A DNA stretch of 64,000 nucleotides from an uncultured Methylovirgula sp. (GTDB taxonomy: Bacteria > Pseudomonadota > Alphaproteobacteria > Rhizobiales > Beijerinckiaceae), in contig CAZXXA010000011.1 in assembly GCA_964644615.1 (NCBI GenBank), forward strand, positions 25,816-89,815, written 5' to 3'. Below, piece after piece: positions 17,284 through 26,200 of this stretch. The notes under the pieces are model-generated. The model saw only the letters and a list, made by a program, of their open reading frames with translations. It made no database searches and was not told the origin of the DNA. The position numbers and the translations under genes are program-made. Positions within the stretch are counted from its first letter, which is position 1, and each line of letters starts with the position of its first letter.

Positions 17284-17552
17284 ACCAGGTAATCAGTTCA
17301 ACCTTGCTTGGCGCAATATCGATGGCATCCCTCGTGGTGGCATTGCTTTTCGCGCGCTTTTGGCGCCAAACACGGGACGATTTTTTTCTATTTTTCTCTA
17401 TCGGGTTCCTGCTCGACTCTGTGACGCGTTTTTTCCTGGCTATCGTCCCGACAGACGAGAAAATCGAGCCTCTTTTCTACGTGTCTCGCTTGGTGACATT
17501 CAGCTTGATCATCATAGCCATTATTCAAAAGAACCGAGCAAAGAGAAAATAG
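17280..17552 (+). CDS. DUF5985 family membrane protein
   Basis: ATGA overlap with previous gene; LLGAISMASLVVALLFARFWRQTRDDFFLFF..YVSRLVTFSLII. Confidence 0.75.
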   Translation: MNQVISSTLLGAISMASLVVALLFARFWRQTRDDFFLFFSIGFLLDSVTRFFLAIVPTDEKIEPLFYVSRLVTFSLIIIAIIQKNRAKRK

Positions 17553-17647
17553 AAGAGGGCACACCACAGTCGCTGGTTCAACCGCGCGCCTTCGGTCAAG
17601 TGCTTCCATGAAGATCGCCGTCTCAGAGTGGCAGACGGCGAAGCCAA

Positions 17648-18172
17648 TCAGACTGTCTGCGCCTGAACGGTTGTTCCATCCATCGCGCCGATTTCGCTGA
17701 GTTCGGACCGGAGCGATATTTGGTCGATGCTCGCCAGCGGCAGACTCGTGAAGGCCGCGATCCGATTCCTCAAATATCGGAAGGCCGCAACAAACGCCGC
17801 CTCGATTTCCATCTCAGTTCCCTCGACAGCTGCTGGATCTTCGATGCCCCAATGCGCAGTGATGGGACAGCCGGGTAAGGGGGGACAGGTTTCGCCGGCG
17901 GCGATGTCGGAGACCGTGAACACGAAATCCATTTCAGGCGCGCCAGCCTTCGTGAATTCGTCCCAGCTTTTCGAACGAAGGCCTTCCGTCGAAAGACCCG
18001 CGTCAGTGATCAGGCGTAGAGCGATCGGATTGACCCCGCTCTTTGGATGGACGCCGGCCGAATAAGCTCGGAAGTGTCCCTTGCCAAGGCCGTTCAGCAA
18101 AGCTTCGGCCATAATTGAGCGCGACGAATTACCGGTACAAAGGAACAGAACGTTGTAAACGGGAGCTTCCAT
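17648..18172 (-). CDS. arsC: LMW-PTP fold arsenate reductase ArsC-like protein
   Basis: NVLFLCTGNSSRSIMAE, SKSWDEF, GETCP, AHWGIEDPA; expected TVCD reads TVSD. Confidence 0.8.
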   Translation of the reverse strand: MEAPVYNVLFLCTGNSSRSIMAEALLNGLGKGHFRAYSAGVHPKSGVNPIALRLITDAGLSTEGLRSKSWDEFTKAGAPEMDFVFTVSDIAAGETCPPLPGCPITAHWGIEDPAAVEGTEMEIEAAFVAAFRYLRNRIAAFTSLPLASIDQISLRSELSEIGAMDGTTVQAQTV

Positions 18173-18331
18173 CGCCTTACTCCGCGCAGCAAGTAGGACC
18201 ACTTTTTCGCAGCAGTCAGGTTTTGCTGTAACGGCCTGAGGGGCGCAAAAGTTTTCCGCCGCTCAGGAAGCGATTCTATCCAATTGCGCAAAAGCCCCGT
18301 TAAACACGCAGGTTTAAGGCATTGAAATCGC

Positions 18332-18407
18332 TGGCGCGCCCAACGGGACTCGAACCCGTGTTTTCGCCGTGAAAGGGCGACGTCCTAGACCGCTAGACGA
18401 TGGGCGC
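18332..18407 (-). tRNA. tRNA-Glu(TTC)
   Basis: Reverse complement GCGCCCATCGTCTAGCGGTCTAGGACGTCGCCCTTTCACGGCGAAAACACGGGTTCGAGTCCCGTTGGGCGCGCCA: 76 nt, TTC anticodon, TTCGA loop, CCA end. Confidence 0.97.
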
Positions 18408-18516
18408 GGGGAATTTGGGGCGAGACGCCCTCAGGATAGGACGGGCGGAGATATAAAGGGCCCCTCCCGCCCTGGCAAGCGCGCTTCGCCCGTTTCAGGC
18501 GCTCCGGCGCAATAGG

Positions 18517-20364
18517 TCACAGGCTTATCTTTGCCGGGATTTCGGCCGGCGCAAGATCGAGCAGCCGCAATTGCACGCGTTCGCGGCCGTTCCAGCGATC
18601 AAGCGCCAGCGTGCCGGCCAAATGCAGGCTGGCGCCGCGTGCCGCCCGCAGCGCCGCGCCGAGCGGTTCCGTCGCGGCCCGAAAGACGATCCCTTCGAGG
18701 CTCATGCCGTCGCCCGCTTTAGCCCGCCAGCGCAAATGGCCTTGGCCGACTTCCGTCAAATCGGTGAGGCGATGCGCCGGAAAGACGAAGACGGGCTCGG
18801 GATTGCCCGCCCCGTAGGGACCCGCCTGTTCGAGGCTCGCATGCAGCGCCGGAGTCGCACCGCCCGCCGTTAGCGCCGCATCGATCAGCAAAGCTTCGCC
18901 GGCGCGCGCTATGTCGACCTGCGGCGCCAAGCGATCTTCGATAAAGGCGCGGAAGGTTTCGAGATTGTCGCGCGCCAACGTTACGCCCGCCGCCATCGCA
19001 TGGCCGCCGCCTTTGACAGCGATGCCCGCTTCAACAGCAGCACGCACGGCATGCCCCAAATCGACGCCGGTGATTGAGCGGCCCGAGCCGGTGCCGAAAC
19101 CCGTGTCGCCGCCATTATCGATGCCATTGCCGAAGGCGATCGCGAAAGAGGGTTTACGAAAGCGCTCTTTCAGCCGCGAAGCGACAAGACCGACGACGCC
19201 CGGATGCCAGCCCTCACCGGCAACGATAATCGCCGCGCGTCCTTCATCTTCCGCGCCGCGCAGAAGCGCCTCGGCGACCGCTTCTTCGAGCGTCGTCATT
19301 TCGATGGCTTGCCGTTCGCGGTTGAGGCGGTCGAGATTTTCCGCGATACGCCGTGCTTCGATACTGTCTTGCAGCGCGAGCAATTTGGCGCCGAGCGCCG
19401 CATCGCCGATGCGCCCGCCCGCATTGATGCGCGGCCCGACGAGAAAGCCGAGATGCGACGGTTTCGGCGGCCCGTCGGCACCCGCGACATCGAACAAGGC
19501 AGCAAGCCCCGGCCGCCCGCGCGTCCGCATCAGCGCGAGCCCCTTCATGACGAAGGCGCGGTTGAGACCAGTGAGTTGCGCGACATCGGCGATCGTCGCC
19601 AGCGCCACGAGATCGAGGCCCAAGAGAAGATCGGGCGCCGGCCGCTCCCTTGTCCAGAAACCGCGTTCGCGCAGAATGCGTTGGGTCGCGACGAGCGTCA
19701 TGAAGACGACGCCTGCGGCGCAGAGCTGGCCGAGATTCGAGAGATCATCCAAGCGGTTCGGATTGACGATCACAGCGTCGGGCAGATTTTCGGGTGCCTG
19801 ATGATGATCGAGCACGAGGACATCGAGGCCGAGGCGTTTGGCCTCGGCAAGCGGCTGATGGCTCATCGTGCCGCAATCGACAGTGACAAGAAGCTTGGCG
19901 CCCTCCTCCGCCAGCGTCGTGATCGCCTGCACATTCGGGCCATAGCCTTCGAAAATGCGATCCGGGATATGAATGCGGAAGGGCGTGCCGGCAGCGCCGA
20001 GATAATCCGCCAGCAGCGCCGCGGAACAGGCGCCATCGACGTCGTAGTCGCCGAAGATGGCAATCATCTCGCCGCTCTCTATTGCAGCAGCGAGACGCTG
20101 CGCAGCCGGCTCCATATCGACGAGAACATAGGGATCGGGCATCAGCCGCCGCAGAGTCGGATCGAGATAGAGCGCCGCGTCTTCCGGCAGAATGCCGCGG
20201 CCGGCAAGCACCCGCGCCAGAAGATCCGAATGGCCGTGCAGCTGCATCATCGCTTGCGCGCGCGCCTGGCCGGCGAGGTCGAGGCGGTCGCGCCACGCGC
20301 GGCCGAGCAAGGAGCGCTCGACGCCGAGAAACGCGCGTTGTTGATTGAGGAGTGAGAGGTTCAC
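18517..20364 (-). CDS. recJ: ssDNA-specific exonuclease RecJ
   Basis: GDYDVDG, TVDCG, LDHH, GPRINAGGR, GGHAMAAG. Confidence 0.97.
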   Translation of the reverse strand: MNLSLLNQQRAFLGVERSLLGRAWRDRLDLAGQARAQAMMQLHGHSDLLARVLAGRGILPEDAALYLDPTLRRLMPDPYVLVDMEPAAQRLAAAIESGEMIAIFGDYDVDGACSAALLADYLGAAGTPFRIHIPDRIFEGYGPNVQAITTLAEEGAKLLVTVDCGTMSHQPLAEAKRLGLDVLVLDHHQAPENLPDAVIVNPNRLDDLSNLGQLCAAGVVFMTLVATQRILRERGFWTRERPAPDLLLGLDLVALATIADVAQLTGLNRAFVMKGLALMRTRGRPGLAALFDVAGADGPPKPSHLGFLVGPRINAGGRIGDAALGAKLLALQDSIEARRIAENLDRLNRERQAIEMTTLEEAVAEALLRGAEDEGRAAIIVAGEGWHPGVVGLVASRLKERFRKPSFAIAFGNGIDNGGDTGFGTGSGRSITGVDLGHAVRAAVEAGIAVKGGGHAMAAGVTLARDNLETFRAFIEDRLAPQVDIARAGEALLIDAALTAGGATPALHASLEQAGPYGAGNPEPVFVFPAHRLTDLTEVGQGHLRWRAKAGDGMSLEGIVFRAATEPLGAALRAARGASLHLAGTLALDRWNGRERVQLRLLDLAPAEIPAKISL

Positions 20365-20443
20365 TGCCTGATTTTAGCGGTTGCTGCGCAAAAATCAGCG
20401 GTGAAGATCGGGGATATCACAGCCGGCGATCTCGCGGGAAAAC

Positions 20444-21079
20444 TTATTCGTTCTTCTCGCGCGCCTGGGTGACGACCTTCTTGAAGCCGTCATAGTCGAG
20501 CGCCGCAGCGACGAGATAAGGCCCGATCAAAAACACCGGCGTCCCCTGAAAGCCCATGCCCGTCGCCTGCGCATCATTGCGGCGGATCAGCGCTTTGATC
20601 TCCGCCATATGCGCTTCAAGATCCTTATTGAGCTGATCGATGTTGATGCCGCTCTCATGCAGCGTTTTGTCGATGGTTGCCTTGTCGGGGCGGCCGGGCA
20701 GCGCCATCAGCGCATTGTGCACGACTTCATATTTGCCCTGATATTTGGCGGCGAGCGCCACTTGTGCCGCATAGACGGAGGTCGCCGCGAGAATTGGCCA
20801 ATCTTTATAGACGAGGCGGATATGGCCATCGTCCTTGACGAGCTTTTGGATCGCCGGTTCTGCCTTCTTGCAGAAAGGGCAATTATAGTCCTCGAAAGCG
20901 ACGATGGTGACGTCACCCTGCGGATTGCCGCCGACCGGCGCTGCCGGGTCGTTGAGGATCATCTCGCGCGTCAGTTCGCTCGGCTTCACGTCCTCGGCGG
21001 ATGCAGCACGCGCAAAAGCGGCCACGCTCAAGAGCATCAAAGCAATCCATGCGATGCGAGCGCGCGCCGATGACGGCAT
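20444..21079 (-). CDS. DsbA family periplasmic thiol-disulfide protein
   Basis: Signal peptide; FEDYNCPFCKK; GTP cis-Pro motif. Confidence 0.92.
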   Translation of the reverse strand: MPSSARARIAWIALMLLSVAAFARAASAEDVKPSELTREMILNDPAAPVGGNPQGDVTIVAFEDYNCPFCKKAEPAIQKLVKDDGHIRLVYKDWPILAATSVYAAQVALAAKYQGKYEVVHNALMALPGRPDKATIDKTLHESGINIDQLNKDLEAHMAEIKALIRRNDAQATGMGFQGTPVFLIGPYLVAAALDYDGFKKVVTQAREKNE

Positions 21080-21250
21080 TGGTTTTCTCCGGATGTGAGC
21101 GGGATCTGGTCAGCCTAGCCGCCCGAGATTCACGGATCTCATTTCACAGAATTATATGCAACAAATAGGGAGGCGCGGGGTTAGTCCGCATCACTTTTTC
21201 GGCACGCGCTAGCGTCCAAACGTCGCCAATCGCCATCAGAATGGAGAGTC

Positions 21251-21625
21251 ATGGCCGAAAATCCCTGCGACATCGCCCGTGCAGCCTATCGCGCTTTCGC
21301 GAATAAGGACCGCGCCGCAATGGAGAAGCTCGTCGCGGCGGACTTCCACTTCACCAGCCCGCTCGACAACCGCATCGACCGCGCCCGCTTTTTCGAGCGC
21401 TGCTGGCCGAACAGCGCCGCGATCGCGGCCTTCGCCTTCATCCATACCGTTGCGATGGGAGACCGCGTGTTCGTGACCTATGAAGGCCGCAGCGCGAACG
21501 GCAAAGCCTTCCGCAACAGCGAGATCATGACAATCCGCAACGGCAAGATCACCGATGTGGAGGTCTATTTCGGCTGGTCGATTCCGCATGAAGCGCCCGA
21601 AGGCGGCTTCATCAATCCAGCTTGA
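21251..21625 (+). CDS. NTF2/SnoaL-like domain protein
   Basis: ADFHFTSPLDNRIDR..FFERCWP..FRNSEIMTIRNGKITDVEVYFG. Confidence 0.85.
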   Translation: MAENPCDIARAAYRAFANKDRAAMEKLVAADFHFTSPLDNRIDRARFFERCWPNSAAIAAFAFIHTVAMGDRVFVTYEGRSANGKAFRNSEIMTIRNGKITDVEVYFGWSIPHEAPEGGFINPA

Positions 21626-22604
21626 ACTTGCTCATCTCGCGGTGTTCGCCGACAATCTTGCGCACAGTACCCGAGAGCGAACGATAGATCAGCGTCTCGG
21701 TGACGATCACGCCCTTCTCGAATCTGACGCCCTTCACCAGAGCCCCGTCGGTGACGCCGGTCAGCGACACGATGACGTCGCCCGAAGCGAGTTCCTTCAT
21801 GTCGTATTTCTTCTTCGGGTTTTTGACGCCCATGCGGGTCGCGCGCTCGACCTTCTCTTCCGTGTCGAGGATGAGACGGCCCTGCATCTGGCCGCCGACG
21901 CAGCGCAGCGCGCCTGCCGCGAGCACACCTTCCGGCGCGCCGCCGATGCCGAGATAGAGATCAACGCCCGTCTCCGGCTGGGTGGTGAAGATGACGCCCG
22001 CGACATCGCCGTCGGTGATGATCTTCACGGCGCAGCCGAGCCGGCGGCAATCCTCGATGATCTGCTTATGCCGATCGCGCTCCAACACCAGCACGGAGAT
22101 TTCGTTCGGCTGGACGCCCTTCGCCTTGGCGAGCGAACGGATGTTTTCTTCCGTCGTCATGTCGAGATCGACAACGCCTTGCGGATAGCCCGGACCAACG
22201 GCGATCTTTTCCATATAAACGTCGGGTGCATTGAGGAGCGCACCTTGTGCGGCCATCGCCATGACGGCGATGGAGCCCGGCATGTCCTTGGCGCAGAGCG
22301 TCGTGCCTTCGAGCGGATCGACCGCGATATCGACCTTCGGGCCCGACGCGGTGCCGAGCTTCTCGCCGATATAGAGCATGGGCGCCTGGTCGCGCTCGCC
22401 TTCGCCGATCACCACTGTGCCGTCGATCGGCAGGCGGTTCAATTCGCGTCGCATCGCATCGACGGCGGCTTGGTCGGCGGCCTTCTCGTCGCCGCGTCCA
22501 CGCAGACGTGCGGCCGCAACGGCGGCACGCTCGGTCACGCGGACCAGTTCGAGGGTGAGGATACGATCGACGATATCCTGGCTCTTGACGACGAGATCGA
22601 CCAA
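21612..22604 (-). CDS. glpX: Class II fructose-1,6-bisphosphatase
   Basis: LELVRVTERAA, VIGEGERDQAPMLYIGE, DIAVDPLEGT, GIGGAPEGV; TTG start at 22604 inferred from RBS. Confidence 0.95.
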   Translation of the reverse strand: MVDLVVKSQDIVDRILTLELVRVTERAAVAAARLRGRGDEKAADQAAVDAMRRELNRLPIDGTVVIGEGERDQAPMLYIGEKLGTASGPKVDIAVDPLEGTTLCAKDMPGSIAVMAMAAQGALLNAPDVYMEKIAVGPGYPQGVVDLDMTTEENIRSLAKAKGVQPNEISVLVLERDRHKQIIEDCRRLGCAVKIITDGDVAGVIFTTQPETGVDLYLGIGGAPEGVLAAGALRCVGGQMQGRLILDTEEKVERATRMGVKNPKKKYDMKELASGDVIVSLTGVTDGALVKGVRFEKGVIVTETLIYRSLSGTVRKIVGEHREMSKFKLD

Positions 22605-22652
22605 GTGATGTTCCCTTCCCTCTCGGATTTTTGACGCGTAAATTCCCAGCAA

Positions 22653-23963
22653 TTACTCGCGCTCGATGCGGATCACCTGCGGTTTTTCGGCGATGAAACC
22701 GTCCTTCACGACGGCTTCGAGCGCCTGATGAATATGCTTTTCATAGGTCGCATGGGTGATCAAAATCACAGGTACGGCAGTATCCGCCCCCGCCTTCTCG
22801 CCCGGGCGGCGGCGCTGCATGATGCTTTCGAGCGAGATGTTGCACTCCGCCATGCGCGTCGCAATCGCCGCGGCGGCGCCCGGCCGGTCATAGACCGAAA
22901 GACGGATATAATAACCGCCTTCATGCATCTGGATCGGCGCCCGTTCGAGCGGCGCGAGCGCCGCGACCGGCAGCGCGAAAGGCGACAGGCGCAGGCCTCG
23001 CGCAATATCGGCGATATCGGCGACGACGGCAGACGCAGTGGCCTCGCCGCCAGCACCCGGACCTACGAGCGTCATCTCATGCACGGCATCGGCATCGATC
23101 GTCACCGCATTGGTAACGCCCATAACCTGGGCAATCGCTGAAGAGCGTGGCACCATCGTCGGATGGACGCGCTGCTCGATGCCGGAAGCGGTGCGATTGG
23201 CGACACCCAAAAGCTTAATGCGATAGCCGAGCTCGGCGGCGGCTACGATATCGGCGAGCGAGATCGATTCGATGCCTTCGATCGCGATCGCCTCGCAGTC
23301 GATTGTGGTGCCAAAGGCAAGCGCGGTGAGGATCGCGAGTTTATGCGCCGTATCCTGGCCGCCGATGTCAAAGCTTGGATCGGCTTCGGCATAGCCAAGC
23401 CGCTGCGCTTCGGCGAGACAATCGGCGAAGGAGAGCTTGTCCGTCTCCATGCGCGACAGGATGTAGTTGCAGGTGCCGTTCAGAATGCCGTAGACGCGCT
23501 CGACGCTGTTGCCGGCGAGCGCTTCGCGCAGCGCCTTCACGATCGGAATGCCGCCGGCGACGGAGGCTTCGAAGGCAAGCGCAACACCCCTTTCTTCGGC
23601 TTTTTTGGCGAGCGCCATGCCATGTTTGGCGAGCAGCGCCTTATTCGCGGTGACGACGGATTTGCCGGCGTCAATCGCCGCGGAGACGGAGGCGAGCGCG
23701 GCACCATCGGCACCGCCGATGACTTCGACGAAGAGATCGACGTCGCGCATCGTCGCCAGCGCCACGGGATCATCGATCCAGGCGATATTGGTGAGATTGA
23801 CGTTACGCGCCTTGTCGCGGTTGCGGGCCGAGACCGCGATAACCTCGATCTTCCGCCCGGCCATGGCGGCGAGAGCTTTATGGCGGCGGTCGAGAAGGCG
23901 CAGGACAGCGAGGCCCACTGTGCCGAGACCGGCAATGCCGACGCGCAGGGGTGGCAACATCAA
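22653..23963 (-). CDS. hom: Homoserine dehydrogenase
   Basis: GIAGLGTVG, VVTANK, FEASVAGGIP, GILNGTCNYIL, C-terminal ACT domain. Confidence 0.97.
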   Translation of the reverse strand: MMLPPLRVGIAGLGTVGLAVLRLLDRRHKALAAMAGRKIEVIAVSARNRDKARNVNLTNIAWIDDPVALATMRDVDLFVEVIGGADGAALASVSAAIDAGKSVVTANKALLAKHGMALAKKAEERGVALAFEASVAGGIPIVKALREALAGNSVERVYGILNGTCNYILSRMETDKLSFADCLAEAQRLGYAEADPSFDIGGQDTAHKLAILTALAFGTTIDCEAIAIEGIESISLADIVAAAELGYRIKLLGVANRTASGIEQRVHPTMVPRSSAIAQVMGVTNAVTIDADAVHEMTLVGPGAGGEATASAVVADIADIARGLRLSPFALPVAALAPLERAPIQMHEGGYYIRLSVYDRPGAAAAIATRMAECNISLESIMQRRRPGEKAGADTAVPVILITHATYEKHIHQALEAVVKDGFIAEKPQVIRIERE

Positions 23964-24180
23964 TGCAAGCCTTAGGAGTCCGAACCGCGGGAATTCAGCG
24001 CGAATGCGCTTTCAGCCGGCGATCGGCCAAGCCCTTGAGAGGAGCAGCGCTTCGGCACCGGCGCCAGCGGTTCTGCCCCATTTCCGCGGCGCGATCAAGG
24101 AAGCTGCCGGGCGCTTTCCAAAGCCGCCTAAGCCCCAGCGCGGACACCGCTTTTGGGCCGGAGCGCCGCCGCCATAATCG

Positions 24181-24606
24181 TCAGAGGACGGGCGACGCCT
24201 TGCCGGATGGCGATTTGACCAGCCAGCGCGGATCGAACCAGCGATCGGCCTCGCCTTCATAAGGCAGGCGGTTAATGTCCCAATGCCGGATGAACGGCGC
24301 ATAGGCCTCATAGACGGACGGGCCGCCGCCGATGAAGACGACACGGTGCGGATAGCGCGCCAAAACCTCGGCCGGCCGCTCGGACGAGCGGATCGTGACC
24401 CATTCCCGCTCCTTATGCGCCCAGTCCGGCACGGCGGCATAGGTGCGCGGCCCCAGAATGATGATATGGCCGCGGGTCAAATCGAAGAATCGCTCGACGT
24501 CCTCGACGAAGGCCCGCTCGCGATTGCCTTCCCAAGGCAGATGGCCATTGAGGCCGAACTGGCCTTGCAGGCCGATGGCGATGACGGCTCGGACATCTGG
24601 CATCAT
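24181..24606 (-). CDS. Dihydrofolate reductase family protein
   Basis: GLNGHLPW, EDVERFFDLTRG, IILGPRT, FIGGGPSVY, EADRWF. Confidence 0.8.
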   Translation of the reverse strand: MMPDVRAVIAIGLQGQFGLNGHLPWEGNRERAFVEDVERFFDLTRGHIIILGPRTYAAVPDWAHKEREWVTIRSSERPAEVLARYPHRVVFIGGGPSVYEAYAPFIRHWDINRLPYEGEADRWFDPRWLVKSPSGKASPVL

Positions 24607-24772
24607 TCTCGTTTCTCATGCGCTGAACGGAACGAGTTCCGGTCGCGCCGCGAAAGCGTGACCGAAACGGTGATGCGCAGATCAAGAAAAGATGCGGTGC
24701 GCGATCACCGATTCCGAGTGTATCGCGCTTTAACGCATGAAGAACAACCGGCGTTAAAGGAGCCGTGGCGGA

Positions 24773-25309
24773 TTACGCCGCGGCCTGATGACCTGCCGCT
24801 TCGAGCGCGACGGCGGCCGATTGGACGATGCCGGCGTAGCGCACGGCGGTCTGGATCGTCTCGGTCGAGACGCCTGCCTCGATCAGCACCTTTTCATGCG
24901 AATCGACGCACATGCCGCAGCCGTTGATCGCCGAAACGGCGAGGCACCAGAGCTCGAAATCGACCTTCGACACGCCCGGATTGGCGATGACGGTCATGCG
25001 CAGCTTCGCCGGCATCGTCTGATAGGTCTTGTTCGAGACGAGATGGGTGAAGCGGTAATAGACATTGTTCATCGCCATGATGGACGCCGCGGCGCGGGCA
25101 GCATCCTGCGCCTTGGGCGAGAGATGCGCAGCCGCCTCGGCTTCGAAGGCTTCGAGCACGCGCGGGTTGCGTGCGGCGATCGCGCAGGCGAGCAGAAGTC
25201 CATATTTGGTCTCTTCGCCGAGGCTCTCGTCATTAACGATTCCCGACAGATTGAGCCGGACATCCTTGGCGAATTCGGGAAGCTGCTGCTTCAGAGCATC
25301 GATCGACAT
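24773..25309 (-). CDS. ahpD: Alkyl hydroperoxide reductase AhpD (CMD family)
   Basis: [44 protein letters not shown]. Confidence 0.93.
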   Translation of the reverse strand: MSIDALKQQLPEFAKDVRLNLSGIVNDESLGEETKYGLLLACAIAARNPRVLEAFEAEAAAHLSPKAQDAARAAASIMAMNNVYYRFTHLVSNKTYQTMPAKLRMTVIANPGVSKVDFELWCLAVSAINGCGMCVDSHEKVLIEAGVSTETIQTAVRYAGIVQSAAVALEAAGHQAAA

Positions 25310-25339
25310 GCGCGTCCTTTCGGATTTCGAAATGGAGGA

Positions 25340-25373
25340 GCCGCTGCGAAACGGGAGGACATTTCGCAGCGGC
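25340..25373. other. Perfect 12-bp intercistronic hairpin between ahpC and ahpD
   Basis: GCCGCTGCGAAA-N10-TTTCGCAGCGGC. Confidence 0.7.
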
Positions 25374-25407
25374 CCAAGTCGTAAATAACTCGCGAATGGT
25401 TCGCGAA

Positions 25408-25962
25408 TTACGCGGCCTTCAGAGTCTCGCCGCCGACCTCGCGGTTGCAGGGGCAGAGATCGTCTGTCTGCAGGGCGTCGAGGACGCGCAGCGTATCCTT
25501 CGGAGCGCGGCCGACATTGAGGTTGGTGGCGTAAACGTGTTGGATGACATTGTCCGGATCGACAATGAACGTGTAGCGATAGGCCACGCCATCGGGCGAG
25601 CGCACGCCGAGACCGTCGGTCAGCGAGCCGTTGGTGTCGGCGAACTGCCAGATCGGCAGTTTGGCGAGATCCTTGTGGTTGCGACGCCAGGCGAGCTTGC
25701 AATGCTCATTATCGGTCGAGCCGCCGAGGACGACGCAATTGCGGTCGGCGAATTCCGGCGCGAGGCGGGCGAATTCGGCGATCTCGGTCGGGCAGACGAA
25801 GGTGAAGTCCTTCGGATAGAAAAAGATCACTTTCCACTGACCGGGAAAGCTCGCTTCGGTCACCGTCTCGAAAGCGCTGACATCATTTTCGACATGATGC
25901 TCAAAGCCCGGCTTCACGCCAGTGACCGAGAAATTCGGAAGTTTGGAACCGATCGATGCCAT
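25408..25962 (-). CDS. ahpC: Peroxiredoxin AhpC
   Basis: [21 protein letters not shown]. Confidence 0.96.
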   Translation of the reverse strand: MASIGSKLPNFSVTGVKPGFEHHVENDVSAFETVTEASFPGQWKVIFFYPKDFTFVCPTEIAEFARLAPEFADRNCVVLGGSTDNEHCKLAWRRNHKDLAKLPIWQFADTNGSLTDGLGVRSPDGVAYRYTFIVDPDNVIQHVYATNLNVGRAPKDTLRVLDALQTDDLCPCNREVGGETLKAA

Positions 25963-26022
25963 TGGGAGGACTCCGCAGTTGGGATGGCTGTTCATAACGC
26001 GATGCCGGCGCGATGCGCAATA

Positions 26023-26039
26023 GCTAGAGTTGTTCTAAA
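26023..26039. promoter_or_regulatory. Possible Irr box (iron control element) upstream of ahpC
   Basis: GCTAGAG-TTG-TTCTAAA versus consensus TTTAGAA-N3-TTCTAAA; right half exact. Confidence 0.4.
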
Positions 26040-26200
26040 CAATGTCAAAACCACCCTCTAAGTAATAGGTTGGAGAAGCAAAATTTGCCGATTTCTGCGA
26101 CGGTCTGCCGCAGAGTGCGCCCGCTTCTGCGTAACGAGATCGCACGTCCGACGCAGCCTCCGTCTTGCCACTTCGCTCCAAGACAGCCACAAGCGCGCCC

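Noticed and set aside
24181-24606. Short DHFR with GPRT in place of GRKT and no adjacent thyA
   Set aside because: Within plausible family variation; nothing else in the window supports a new function.
25310-25702. Long N-terminal extension of ahpD in the ORF track (also those of pepA, holC, fabD, gmk, glpX and the methyltransferase)
   Set aside because: Extensions overlap neighbouring genes or repeats; downstream starts fit family N-termini and RBS positions better.
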